A stretch of DNA of 64,000 bases from Candidatus Marinacidobacterium sp. (GCA_965204755.1 OZ242011.1:1376001-1440000), one strand, 5' to 3'; shown: positions 20,814 to 31,600, numbered from the stretch's first letter. The notes: generated by a model from the sequence alone, not told the origin. Translations and numbers: made by a program.

Positions 20814-21404
20814 ATGAGCGCCGCCACGACGAACCTCACCCGCGCCGAAGCGTGGGCGCATCTCACCGACTGGTGCGAGACCGACTCGCTCCGCAAGCAC
20901 GCGCGGGCGGTGGAAGTCGTCATGCGCGCCGCCGCCCGGCGTTACGGCGAACCGGACGCCGACCCCGAGGTCTGGGGCATCGCCGGAATGCTCCACGATG
21001 CCGACTACGAGAAGTGGCCGGAAGACCACCCGAACCGGATCGTGGCCTGGTTGCGCGAGCGGGGCGAAGAGGCGCTGGCCTACGCCATCTCCGGCCACTA
21101 CACGAAGTGGGGCGTCCCGCTGAACTCGCCCCTCGACAAGGCGCTGCTGGCCTGCGACGAACTCACCGGCTTCATCGTCGCCTGCTGCCTCGTCCGCCCG
21201 GAAGGCGTCTCCACCCTCGCCCCGAAGAGCGTCCGCAAGAAACTCAAGGACAAGGCGTTCGCCGCCAAGGTGGAACGCGCCGAGTGCCTCGCCGGAGCGG
21301 AGTTGCTGGGCGTCGAGTTGAACACCCACATCGAGTTCATCATCTCCGCCCTCCGCCCCCACGCCGAAGAACTGCGAATCACCGGCCGCCGCCTGTCCGG
21401 CTGA
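20814..21404 (+). CDS. HD-domain phosphohydrolase
   Basis: LRKHARAVE, GMLHDADYE, ACDELTGFI, KDKAFAAKV. Confidence 0.9.
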   Translation: MSAATTNLTRAEAWAHLTDWCETDSLRKHARAVEVVMRAAARRYGEPDADPEVWGIAGMLHDADYEKWPEDHPNRIVAWLRERGEEALAYAISGHYTKWGVPLNSPLDKALLACDELTGFIVACCLVRPEGVSTLAPKSVRKKLKDKAFAAKVERAECLAGAELLGVELNTHIEFIISALRPHAEELRITGRRLSG

Positions 21405-21405
21405 G

Positions 21406-21526
21406 ACCCGCGGGGAGAGCGCCCTGCCCTCCCCTTCTCGACCGGAAGGAACCTCCGTTCCGTTCCTTGGCGGGTTGCTCTCCCCATTGGCTCGCGGCGC
21501 AAATCGCTTCAACGATCCCTCCGCCA
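21406..21526 (+). repeat. Degenerate partial copy of the ~225-bp MITE-like repeat
   Basis: CGCGGGGAGAGCGCCCTGCC..GGCGGGTTGCTCTCCCCA..GCGGCGCAAATCGC..CCGCCA aligns with the left half of the copies at 47364 and 51256. Confidence 0.65.
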
Positions 21527-21535
21527 CGAACGGCC

Positions 21536-21778
21536 TCAGTAACGGCGTCCCTCCTCGAACAGCGCCCGGATCGAAATCCCGCCGAGGTCATGGGTTCGCT
21601 GGAACACCTCCAGTCGTTCGATCGCGTTCTGGATCGTCTCCTCGTTGCGAGCAGCCACCGGCCGCAACTCGGCCACCGCCCGACCGCGCCTGGTGATGAC
21701 GAACCGCTCCCCCGCCTCGACCAGCCGAAGCAGACGCGAGAGAGCGGCTCTGGCCGAGGCGGCTCCGACCCGCTCCAT
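21536..21778 (-). CDS. Phd/YefM-family antitoxin (orphan)
   Basis: ARAALSRLLRLVEAGERFVITRRGRAVAELRP..EEGRRY. Confidence 0.88.
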   Translation of the reverse strand: MERVGAASARAALSRLLRLVEAGERFVITRRGRAVAELRPVAARNEETIQNAIERLEVFQRTHDLGGISIRALFEEGRRY

Positions 21779-21834
21779 CGGATGACCGCCCATTCTGACC
21801 TTGGAACGGCGCCCGGACTCGTCCCAGCCTACTT

Positions 21835-23097
21835 CTATGCCGATGCCTCGTCCGGCAAGGGCCGGAGAGCGGGCCTTCGCATCACACCCCTGCTGCCTAT
21901 CGCCAGATGCACCCAAGGGCCGGAATCACGCCTGAACTTGGGGGCCGGCAACCCAGCCTGGCGGCATCCATCGATCATTCGCAGCGTCCCGGTCCCTTTC
22001 GTCTCCATGTAGCGCGTCTGTCGCAACGCGCGCACGATCGCCCGGTTGCGGGGAACGGAGGGATGCGGCTCCGACAGGGCCGACACCGACAGCGAGGTCG
22101 GCAACTTCCCGGGGTTGATGATCTCCAGGCGGTCCGGGAAGAGCATCACCTGCACGCTCGCAGCACTGAAGTAGTCCCGATGAGCGACCGCATTGACGAT
22201 AGCCTCTGTCACCACCGCTTCCGGAAACTGCGGACCGCAGGGCACCCTCGGCCCGTCCGTCCGCAGACCCATCCGGGAAGACAAGCGACTCAAGACGAAT
22301 TCTGTCGCGCGTTCGATCGCCCCGAAGATCGGCCCCTCTACGAACGAAGTCGCCGCTATGGGCGATGCGGCGTGGAGACCGCGGAACTGGACGCATTTGA
22401 TGACGGCGGACGGGTGGAACTTGGTCGGGCAAGCGCCGAACAGGAGCACGGCCGCATTCGTCAAACGCTCGTCGTCGCCGAGGTCGAGATATCTCAGCAC
22501 TTCGGCGACTCCGGGATCGCGTCCGAGGCGCCGACGAACGGGTTCCCGGGCGCGCCTCAGAAAGGCGCCGACCGGTTCCTCTCCAAGGTCGGCCAAGGAG
22601 GCTCTCGGGCATCGGGCTTCGTCGAACCGCTCGGTGCGCAGTACTCCGTAGTCCAGAAGATAGGTGACAAGAGAATCCAGAACCGCAGCCCGGAGTGAAT
22701 CGGAGTCCGTGAAATCGGTTCGAACGGCCGACTGTTCCGCTTTACGGATCAGGGCCGTCATCCTCGGATCTCGTTGAGCGTCGTCGCCTCCCTTCACGAA
22801 GATGAGTCGCTTCTTCCGACCGACACTCGCTCGATCGAACTCCTCTTCCGTGGGTGAGATCGAGCCCGCGGCGTCGCCGTAGGCCGCTCCGAAAAGGCCG
22901 ACAAACACATCGCATTTGTCGAGGGCATCTCGGCGGGCGGGCGACGGCGCCGAATCCGCAACGAAGGGCCGCTCGACGAGGGATACAGTGAAGCACCGAC
23001 GCAGGACCGGGTTGCCGCGCACCTGCTCTTCGAGCATTCTTCGTTCGTCTCGGAACTCCGCCTCCAAGCCACTCACGAAGAGCCGGAATCGCTCCAT
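21835..23097 (-). CDS. DUF4062-like domain fused to HATPase_c_4 (RecG C-terminal-like) domain
   Basis: RLFVSG..FVGLFGAAYG..SPTEEEF; TEAIVNAVAHRDY, DRLEIINPGKLP, SVPRN, GTGT. Confidence 0.85.
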   Translation of the reverse strand: MERFRLFVSGLEAEFRDERRMLEEQVRGNPVLRRCFTVSLVERPFVADSAPSPARRDALDKCDVFVGLFGAAYGDAAGSISPTEEEFDRASVGRKKRLIFVKGGDDAQRDPRMTALIRKAEQSAVRTDFTDSDSLRAAVLDSLVTYLLDYGVLRTERFDEARCPRASLADLGEEPVGAFLRRAREPVRRRLGRDPGVAEVLRYLDLGDDERLTNAAVLLFGACPTKFHPSAVIKCVQFRGLHAASPIAATSFVEGPIFGAIERATEFVLSRLSSRMGLRTDGPRVPCGPQFPEAVVTEAIVNAVAHRDYFSAASVQVMLFPDRLEIINPGKLPTSLSVSALSEPHPSVPRNRAIVRALRQTRYMETKGTGTLRMIDGCRQAGLPAPKFRRDSGPWVHLAIGSRGVMRRPALRPLPDEASA

Positions 23098-23154
23098 GTC
23101 CGCCTCGATGCCTCCTGCCGAGGCGAAGTGTAGACGCGCGGAAACCCTTGGCGC

Positions 23155-25299
23155 TCAGCGGCCGAGGGACGGCCATAGGGAGACCAGGAATCGTTCCTGG
23201 CGGACGGGGATTCGGACGCGGCCGGTCATTCCGTCATAGACGGAGTGTTCGGGGCCGAACTCGTAGACGACGCTCGCCGGGAGGTCGGCGTAGACCAAGG
23301 CCACCGGGCGGCCGGTGAACTCCTCGGGGAGGGGGCGGCGGAGCAGGGCGCGGGCTTCTTCCCCCTCCACGACTTCGCCGCTGACCGAGCGGGCGGTCAG
23401 GTGCAGGGGGATGCCGGGAAACTGGTCCAACTCGGCTTCGACCTGGAGGCCGGAGTGGAGCAGGGGGCGGTAGTTACCGGGGACGGCGGCCACGATCTCG
23501 AACGCGGCGTCCTCGCTGTGGATGGCCGCCACGGTCTGCCCCGGCGCGACCACGGCGCCGGTCTGGACGAGGATGTCCGCGAGGACGCCGTCCACCGGGG
23601 CGGTGAAGGCGCGGGCTTCCAGGGCGGCGCGCGCTTCCCGGCTGGTCGCCCGCAGGGTCGCCAGACCCGATCCGGCGCCGGGTTCGTCGGGATAGCGGAG
23701 GTAGCGGACCAGGTTCTCCTCGTACTCCTGTTCCAGCCGCTGGACGAGAGCCAGTTCGTTCGCGTCGTAGAGCGTGCCGATGACCGCGCCGGCGCTGACC
23801 GGCGCGCCCGGGGTCAACCGCACCTCCTCCACCGTTCCGGCGGCGTTCGCGACGACGGGGGTTCGGCCGAGGCTGTGGACGAACGCCGCCCCCTCGGCGT
23901 ATTCCGTGCTCCGTCCGAGGATGAGGAAGGTGAAGAAGCCCACGAGGAGGGCGGCCAGCGCGACCACGATCCAGTTGCCCCAGCGTTCCGAGACATCGAG
24001 GATGGAGGAGGCGCCGCGGTCGGCCCGGCGGTGCTCCTCCAGGGCTTCCGGGCGGAAGATGGACGGGTCGGCGGGGCCGCCCCCGCCCTCCAACCGCTGC
24101 TCTTCCCGGAGCGCCGACAGCGGGGCGCTGAATTCCCGGGCGAGCAGGCGGCCGGCGGGAACCCAACCACGCGCGAGGCGGCTCTCTTCGTTCCGCGGTC
24201 GCAGCGTCAGGACACCCAGCACCGTGCCGGCCAAGTCACGGATCGGGAGCGCGACGAGCCCGCGGCCCGCCATGGGCGCCGCGTCCAGGGCCGGGTCGTA
24301 GAAGACGCTCTCTTCGGGCCGGGGCTCCTCCACCGAAACGCCGGCTCGCGCCGCGTAGGAGATCAACCCGACCGCCGCGCTGTCCACGCTCTCCGCCTCC
24401 GCCACCGGCTGGGGGCCGATCAGCGCGTCCGCCCAGTCGTCGCAGGCGTACACCGACGCCACCGCTTCGGGCATCCGCTGCTCGGCGCGCGCCGCCAGGT
24501 CGCCCAGCGTCTGTTGGACCGCGCGGCGCCGGCGCAGGCTGGCCGAGTCGTACCAGTCCCGCTCCGGGATCTCGTAGTCCTCGCCGTCGGTCTCGCCGAA
24601 GAGGGCGCGGTGGGCGCGGCGCAGGACGGCCTGCTCCGCCGCAGCCAGCGCGAGCCCGGCCAGGAGCCGAGGCTCGGGCCAGCCGCGGCAGACGAAGAAG
24701 GCGGCGCCGGTCGCCGCCAGTTCGCTCCGCCAACCGGACGGGGCGCCGCCCCGGGCGACCAGGATCGGGCGAAGACCGGGGAAGTTCTCGACCGCCGGCC
24801 GGACCGCGGCTTCGGCGGGATCGTGCGGCGGCCGGCAACCGAGCAGCAAGGCCCCGACGGCGTCGTCGTCCCGGACTTCGCCGACCGGAACGACCTCGAT
24901 CCCGGCGAGACCCGGGACCTCCCGAAGCCAAGGAACCGCCGCCTCGTCGTCCACCGCGACCACCGCCGGAGCGAGCCGGGAGAGGGCCGCCGCATCCCGA
25001 CCCCCGGCGTCTTCGGCGAGATGCAGGGTCGCCGACCGAACCGCCCGGGCGCCGCTGCCGAGCGCCGGCCCGAGCCGGAAGTCCGCCACGCGCGCCCACG
25101 CCCCGCCGCGCGCCGAGCGCAGCCGCAAGGAGAGTTCGACGCCCTCCGCCGCCCCGTCGCGCCCGGCGGCCGCATCCGCCTCCCGAAGACCCACCCGCGC
25201 CTGCCGCTCGCCCACCTCCAGCAACCAAGCGGAACACGACCACCCCCCGACGCGCATCTCCGCGGCCGCCGAAACGCGCCGAAGACCCCCGCCGCTCAC
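23155..25299 (-). CDS. HlyD-family secretion adaptor with N-terminal receiver-like and GAF-like domains
   Basis: GTGA overlap with lanT stop; GAF-like AVGLISYAARAG..YDPALD..LVALPIRDLAGTVLGVL; SIFRPEALE, one TM helix, APVDGVLADI, DGMTGRVRI. Confidence 0.8.
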   Translation of the reverse strand: MSGGGLRRVSAAAEMRVGGWSCSAWLLEVGERQARVGLREADAAAGRDGAAEGVELSLRLRSARGGAWARVADFRLGPALGSGARAVRSATLHLAEDAGGRDAAALSRLAPAVVAVDDEAAVPWLREVPGLAGIEVVPVGEVRDDDAVGALLLGCRPPHDPAEAAVRPAVENFPGLRPILVARGGAPSGWRSELAATGAAFFVCRGWPEPRLLAGLALAAAEQAVLRRAHRALFGETDGEDYEIPERDWYDSASLRRRRAVQQTLGDLAARAEQRMPEAVASVYACDDWADALIGPQPVAEAESVDSAAVGLISYAARAGVSVEEPRPEESVFYDPALDAAPMAGRGLVALPIRDLAGTVLGVLTLRPRNEESRLARGWVPAGRLLAREFSAPLSALREEQRLEGGGGPADPSIFRPEALEEHRRADRGASSILDVSERWGNWIVVALAALLVGFFTFLILGRSTEYAEGAAFVHSLGRTPVVANAAGTVEEVRLTPGAPVSAGAVIGTLYDANELALVQRLEQEYEENLVRYLRYPDEPGAGSGLATLRATSREARAALEARAFTAPVDGVLADILVQTGAVVAPGQTVAAIHSEDAAFEIVAAVPGNYRPLLHSGLQVEAELDQFPGIPLHLTARSVSGEVVEGEEARALLRRPLPEEFTGRPVALVYADLPASVVYEFGPEHSVYDGMTGRVRIPVRQERFLVSLWPSLGR

Positions 25300-27527
25300 G
25301 CCGCCGCCTCCTCGCCTTCGGCCGCGCCGTCCGCCCGGGCCCGCACCAACGCGGCGTACTCCCCGTCCCGCTCCATCAACTCCTCGTGCCGGCCCGACTC
25401 GGCGATCTCGCCATCGCGCAGCACCACGATCCGGTCGGCGTCGCGGATGGTGTTCAGACGCTGGGCGATCACGATGCGGGTGCACGAAAGCCGCGCCAGC
25501 CGGGACTGGATGGTCGCCTCCAACCGCGTATCCAGGTGGCTCGTCGCCTCGTCCAGGATCAACACCGGCGGCGCGGTCGCGATCGCCCGCGCCAACGCCA
25601 GCCGCTGCATCTGGCCGCCGGACATCAGGAAGCCGCCGTCGTAGAGCATCGTGTCGTAGCCGAGCGGCAACTTGGCGATGTCGTCGTGGATGCAGGCGAC
25701 CCGCGCCGCCTCGATGACTTCCGCGAGCGACATCTCCGGGTTCCCGAGCGCGATGTTCTCGCGCACGCTGTCCGCGGCGTACCAATGCGTCTGCGTCACC
25801 GTCCCGATGAGCCGGCGGACTTCGCGCACATCCAGACTGCGGAGGTCGGTCCCGGAGTAGAGCACATGCCCCTTCGTCGGCTCGTAGAGGCCGAGCAGCA
25901 ACTTCGCGATGGTGGACTTGCCGGCGCCCGACCGCCCGACGAACGCCACGAACTCGCCCGAGCGGATCTTCACGGAGAGGTCCTTCAACACCTCCGGCCC
26001 GCTGTCGCCGTACCGGAACGAAACCTGTTCCAGCGCGATCTCGCTCAGGTCGGCGGCGACCGGACGCTCGATGCGGCGTTCCGGCTCCGCGGTGATGACA
26101 TCCTCGATCCGGTCCACATAACTGCCGACGAGGTAGATCGAAGAGATCGTCCCCACCAATGACGAAAGCGGCCCCAGGAAGCCCGTGGCGAAGGCATTCA
26201 TCGCCAGCATGACGCCGAGCGTCAGGTGCCCGTCGAGCACGCGCTGCGCCCCCACCACCAGGATCAGCACCATACCCAGACTGGAGAGCGCGCCGGTCGC
26301 GGCCCCCACGGAGGCGTTCATCCGGTTCTGCTCGATCCCGATGTTCAGTTCGCGCACGAACAGGTCCGTCCACTTGCGCGCCACCTGCCGCTCGGCGCCC
26401 ATGGACTTCAGCGCCTCCATGCCGGAGAGCATCCGCACCTGGTAACTGCGGGCGTCCGCCTGGCGCTGGATGGACTCGGACACCAGTTCGCGGCGGCGCA
26501 CCCGGGTCACGAGGAACACGGTGACGCGCAGGATGCCGAGCACGATCACCACGCTGCTGATGACCAGGTCGGTCAGCAGCATGAGCACCAGGTAGGAGAG
26601 GACGAACAGGCCGTCGAGCGCCGCCGAGAACGCTGTCGAAGTCAGCGCGTTGCGGATCTGGACATGGCTGTTCATCCGCAGCATGAGGTCGCCCGACGAC
26701 CGGTTCTGCAGGAACGAGAACGGCAAGTCCATCAGGTGATCCACGAAGGACACCGTGAGCCGGGCGTCTATCCGCGACATCACTTCCACCATCAACCGGG
26801 AACGGATGAAGGTGAACACCGTGGAGAACAGCGCAATGCCGACCAGGGCGACCGCCACGGTGAGCAGCAGGCTGTAGTCCCGGCGCGGGACGATGCGGTC
26901 CACCAGCAGGGCGGTGAAGAGCGGCGTCGCCGCGCCGAGCACCTGGATCGTCGCCGACATCGCCAGGAGTTGCGGCAGGTGCCCCGAGCGCAGGATGACC
27001 CGCGCGTAGTCGCGGAGCACGCCGCTGCGCTCCGCCTTCTTCGACGAGAAAGTGTCGGTCGGCCACAACTCCACCGCCACTCCGGTGAAACTGCGGCTCA
27101 CCTCTTCCCAGGGGACGAGCCGCCGCCCCATCGCCGGGTCCATGACCCGCAGGCCGCGGCGGGTCGGCCGGTCGAGCACGACGAAGTGGCTGAACCGCCA
27201 ATGCAGGATCGAGCCCTGCTGCAGCCGACCCAGGTCCTCGATCCGGTCCACGCGCACTCCGCGCCCGCCGAGTCCGTGCTCCTCGGCCATATGGAGCAGG
27301 TCGGCGGCGGTGGTGCCGTCGCGGCCGGGGTCGAGCCGGTCCCGCAGCACCCGGACCGGCGTATGGCGGCCGTGGAGCGCCAGCGCGCCGGCCAGGCAGG
27401 CGAGCCCGCACTCGGTCGCCGCCGTCTGCTGGACGAAGGGAACGGTTCGCGGGCGGCGGATCTGGCCCAGGCCCCGGAGGTTCCGGACCGAAGCGGCGAA
27501 GAAGGAGAACCGCGTCGGCTCAGGCAC
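25296..27527 (-). CDS. lanT: Peptidase-containing ABC exporter (C39 peptidase, TMD, NBD)
   Basis: VPFVQQTAATECGLACL, HWRFSHFVVLD; TM helices; GRSGAGKST, SGGQMQRL, ILDEATSHLD. Confidence 0.93.
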   Translation of the reverse strand: MPEPTRFSFFAASVRNLRGLGQIRRPRTVPFVQQTAATECGLACLAGALALHGRHTPVRVLRDRLDPGRDGTTAADLLHMAEEHGLGGRGVRVDRIEDLGRLQQGSILHWRFSHFVVLDRPTRRGLRVMDPAMGRRLVPWEEVSRSFTGVAVELWPTDTFSSKKAERSGVLRDYARVILRSGHLPQLLAMSATIQVLGAATPLFTALLVDRIVPRRDYSLLLTVAVALVGIALFSTVFTFIRSRLMVEVMSRIDARLTVSFVDHLMDLPFSFLQNRSSGDLMLRMNSHVQIRNALTSTAFSAALDGLFVLSYLVLMLLTDLVISSVVIVLGILRVTVFLVTRVRRRELVSESIQRQADARSYQVRMLSGMEALKSMGAERQVARKWTDLFVRELNIGIEQNRMNASVGAATGALSSLGMVLILVVGAQRVLDGHLTLGVMLAMNAFATGFLGPLSSLVGTISSIYLVGSYVDRIEDVITAEPERRIERPVAADLSEIALEQVSFRYGDSGPEVLKDLSVKIRSGEFVAFVGRSGAGKSTIAKLLLGLYEPTKGHVLYSGTDLRSLDVREVRRLIGTVTQTHWYAADSVRENIALGNPEMSLAEVIEAARVACIHDDIAKLPLGYDTMLYDGGFLMSGGQMQRLALARAIATAPPVLILDEATSHLDTRLEATIQSRLARLSCTRIVIAQRLNTIRDADRIVVLRDGEIAESGRHEELMERDGEYAALVRARADGAAEGEEAAA

Positions 27528-27554
27528 GGGTCGGGCGCCGGGGGGAAGCGGGGG

Positions 27555-28598
27555 TCACGACGAGTCGTCGGTGGCCGGGAACACTTCGGGATGCGCGGCG
27601 CGGCAACCGGCGAACCGCTCGTCGGCGATGGTCCGGCGCGGCGGAACCGAGATCCGGGCGGGAAGGCCGGACGGCAGCCGCTCGCCGCAGAGCGCCGCCT
27701 CGACGAAGACGAGCAGCGTGCGGGCATCGATCACCGGCGAAACCGCCAGGACGACGCCGGGCTGCACCGCGTGCCCTTCGGTCCGCACCCACAGCGGATC
27801 GCCGGGGAGGAGGAACTCGGCCGCGTCGGTGGGCGCGGCGAAGCGGATGCGCCACTCGCCGGCGCCGACCGCGAAGACGGTCGCTCCGCGGGTGTAGTAG
27901 GCGCCGGGCGGGCCGTGGACTTCGGAAACGACCCCGGTGAGCGGCGAACGGAGGGTGGCGCGGGCCAACTCCGCCTCCGCGTCGGAGAGCGCGGACTGCG
28001 CCTGGGAAAGACGCGCTTCGGCGGCGTGCAGCCGCGCTTCGGCGATCTCCACTTCGGCCCGGATGTCTTCCATCTGTTCCTGCGAGAAGAGATCCGGGCG
28101 CTCCAGGCGCCGCTCGTAGCGCCCGGTCGCCTGCTCCGCTTCCACCTGCGCCGCGTGGAGGGCGGCGTCGGCCTCCGAAACGGCGGCGCGGGCGGAAGAA
28201 ACCTGCCGCTCCGACGCGTCCGTGTCGAAACGCCCCAGGACCGCGCCGGCGGTCACGGATTGCCCGGGCATCGCCAGACTCTCCTCCAGGCGGCCGTCGA
28301 ACGGCGCCGGGATGCGAATCTCCCGTTCGCGCACGACGACCCCGGTATAGACCTCGCCCCCGGCGGCGAACCGCTCGACAGCGTCGTCCGATTCCGCCGG
28401 CCCGGCCCCGGAGCGTTCCGCCGGAGACGCCGCCATGCCGGACGACGCCGTTCCACCGGGCGCCGCCGGTTCGCCGCCGCAGGCCGCGAAGACGAGCGGG
28501 GCGAGGATCGAAACGCAGAAGGAGCGAAACAGGCGACGCGACGCGGGCGCAGGGGCCGCCGCGCGAACGCTCCGCCGACGACGGCGCGCCCCGTCCAT
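27555..28598 (-). CDS. Lipoprotein periplasmic adaptor (RND/MFP family)
   Basis: Lipobox FAAC; IPAPFDGRL..PGQSV; coiled coil; LRSPLTGVV; VSPVID. Confidence 0.85.
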   Translation of the reverse strand: MDGARRRRRSVRAAAPAPASRRLFRSFCVSILAPLVFAACGGEPAAPGGTASSGMAASPAERSGAGPAESDDAVERFAAGGEVYTGVVVREREIRIPAPFDGRLEESLAMPGQSVTAGAVLGRFDTDASERQVSSARAAVSEADAALHAAQVEAEQATGRYERRLERPDLFSQEQMEDIRAEVEIAEARLHAAEARLSQAQSALSDAEAELARATLRSPLTGVVSEVHGPPGAYYTRGATVFAVGAGEWRIRFAAPTDAAEFLLPGDPLWVRTEGHAVQPGVVLAVSPVIDARTLLVFVEAALCGERLPSGLPARISVPPRRTIADERFAGCRAAHPEVFPATDDSS

Positions 28599-28606
28599 GT
28601 CCCGGG

Positions 28607-31600
28607 TCAGGCGGCCGCGCCGACGCGGCCGCGCGCCAACAACGAGCGGTAAGCGCGGCTCAGGAAGTCGTGGAGTACCAGTTCGTGCTGGCGCGCCGAG
28701 GTTCGCAGGAGGCGGTTCGCATGCATGTGCGTGAAGTCCCGAAGGATCGCGAACAGCGGACGCCCGAGTTCCCCCGCCTCGGCCCGCTCCCGGAGCCGAC
28801 GCGCGAGCGGCTCGGTTCCGGACGACCGCCGGCGAAACGCGGCGTCCACCGCGGACAACGGCCCGTCGGCCGACGAATCCTCCCCCGACAGCAGCCGCAG
28901 CACCCCCGGCAACTCCCGGCGCAGCCGCCCCGCCAACCGCCGACGCAGCGGCGCCCCCACCGAGAACTCCCGCCCGAAGTTCTCCCGCGCCTCCTCGATC
29001 ACCTCCCGCCGCTCCTCCACCGAAAGCCCGAAGTCGCCGAGCAGCCGGTCGAACCCCAAGAGCGCCGCGCGCCAGCGAAGCCCCTCGTCGCCGGTCTCCT
29101 CCACCGCCCGGAGCACGGCGAGCGCCGCTTCGCTGTCCAGCCGGAACCAGTCCTCGGCCAACTCGATGCCGCGGCCGCCGCCGTAGCGCTCGATCTCCCG
29201 CACATAGGTGTCCACCGACATCCGGTGCGCCAGCCCGTCGCGGAAGAACGGCTGCGTCAACTCCGCCGCCCGGTCGTCCAGCCGGCGCTGCGTCTCCCGA
29301 CTCGCCCGGAACCGCGCCCGCAGGTGGTTCTCCGGGTCGGAGTAGCGGAGGAAGAACCACGGCGCGTCCGGCTCCCGCTCCCGGTGGAGGGCAGCCAGCG
29401 GCGCCACCACCTCCCGCAGCAGCGGGTCCGCGCTCACCGGAGCGGCGTAGATCTTCAGGAACAGCCACTCGTCCCCCGGCGGGAACACCCGGCGGACGGC
29501 GGCCTCCCCCGGCGCGGAAGCCGCCGCCCGCGCGGGCCCCTCCCGTTCGGCGGCGTCCGGTTCGCGGGCTTCCTTCCGCACCAGCGGCAGGACGATCTCG
29601 TGCCGGTGGCGCCCCTCCGGGCTCTCGACGCACCCGCCGAGATCCTCCGCCGGCACTTCCTCCAGCACCAACGACGGCCGCTGCCGCGCATAGTCCGCCA
29701 GCACCCGCCGGCAGAGTTCGTTCTCCAAGTCGAGCAGCAGCCGGTTGTCGCCTTCCGAAAGCCGCACCCACCGGGGCAGGCCCAACTCCCGGACGAGGGC
29801 GGCCGCCGCCCGCTCCCGCTCGCCGGGGGTCTTCCCCTCCGCCACCCGCTCGTAGGCCTTCCGCCCGCGCCCGACCCGCCAGCGGGCCAGCGCGTACACG
29901 GCGCGCCCCCGCACGACCCGCGGCAGGTAGGGCAGCGAATCCAACGATCCCCAGCCCCAGCCGAAACCCTCGCGCCGACCCTCGCCCTGCAGGGCGCAGA
30001 GAAAGCGGTAGAGCCCCGGACTGCGCCGGAAGTTGTGCGCCGAAGTGAGCCGCGGGCGCACCTCCCGCCCGTCCTTGCGGGACCGCAGCCGGAACCGCCC
30101 CCGCTCCAGTCGCAGCAGCAAGTCGGCGGCGGTCAACCGGGAGTCGCCCTCGAGCCGCGAGTTCCCGGCGCAACTGATCTCCACCTCCCGCAGCCGCGGC
30201 CGCCGCACCACATTCCCCACCCGGCCCTCCGGGGTGTGGACCACCTCCGCCAGCACCGCCTCCGGCGCCAACGCCTCTTCTTCCCGGAGGTGTTTCCGCA
30301 CCCATTCGCCGAGTTCCGGGTCGAGGTCGCAGAACCGCCCCAGCAGCCGCGCGCCGGACGGCCCGTGCGCCCCCCGCACGAACAGCCGGTAGTCGCCCCG
30401 CTGCACCGCCGCCTCCGACTCGGCCCAGATCTCGAACTGCAGGCTCAGCGCATCCGGCAACTCGGCGCTCTCCGCCGGCGCGAGCCGGGCCAGCAACTCG
30501 TCGTCGAGTTCCACGGTGGGGGGCAGCGCGCCGCCCGCCTCGAGCGCCCCCGCCTGCAGCCGCTCCCACATCCCGTCGGCGAAGGCGGAACGCGGCGCGC
30601 CGCCCGCGCCGCCGCCCGCCCGCCCCGGGCCGATGTCGAGACCGGCCAGGAGCGGGGACGCGGGGAGACGGGGCCGCAAGTCCGCGCCGGGCAGTCCGAT
30701 CCCCCGCTCCGGATCGAGCGCCTCCGTCAGCGGGACTTCGCGGGACTCGTAGCGCTCCCGGAAACGCGACTTCAACTCACGCAAACCGTCCCCCGCCGCC
30801 CCCGCCAGCCGCCGGAGCGGTTCGGCGGCGCCGAGCGCCTCGTCGACGACGGACTCGTCGAGCCGCAGACCGGGCGCCTCCCGGAAGAGGTCCACCTGCA
30901 ACAGCCGATCGGAGGCCTTCATGCCCAAACCGTCCGTCCAGACCGCACCGACCGCGTCCCAAGCGTCCCGGGAAGCGCCGACGCCGCCGGCGTCCAACCG
31001 GCGGATGGCTTCGCGGAGAGGCCGGACCCGCTCCGCCCCGGCCGCAGGCAAGCGCTCGAGCAACTGGTCGAGCGGGTCGTCCCCCACGACGGCCGGCATC
31101 CAGTCCGGCGTGAGGACCTGCGCCTCGATCAAGTCGTCCACGAAGGCCGCCACTTCGTCTGTCGAAGCGTCCGAGGCCAACTCCGCCACGGCCTCCGCCA
31201 ACTCCGCCGGGGAAGCGCCTCCTTCGGCCCGACGGAGCGCCGCGTCCAGGACCGGGGTCACCTCGACGAACTGCGCTTCGTGGCGGATCTCGCCGCCGCT
31301 CTGGCGGAACTCCACATACTGGCAGCCCCCCGAGACCGGCGCCAAGGTGTCGTTCGGCCGGTAGCGGGCCGAGCGGCGGACCTCCGGGTCGCCGCGCAAC
31401 CCGTCGGCGAGCGACGCCAGTTCTCCCAAGTCCAGCGTGGATCGGCGGCGGCAGCCGGCCAGATCGGCGAGCCGGAGCCGGGTCTCCCCGCCCACTTCGC
31501 CGACGGAAACCCCGGCGAACAGCCCGAACGGCGTGCACCGGTCGCTCATCCGGGCGAAGTACTGGATCAGGGAGCGGTCGAGCCGCGCCCGCTTCCGCGC

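Noticed and set aside
23155-27411. 1418-aa ORF implying a huge adaptor fusion
   Set aside because: The part above 25299 overlaps lanT in another frame; the likely start is the GTG overlapping the lanT stop.
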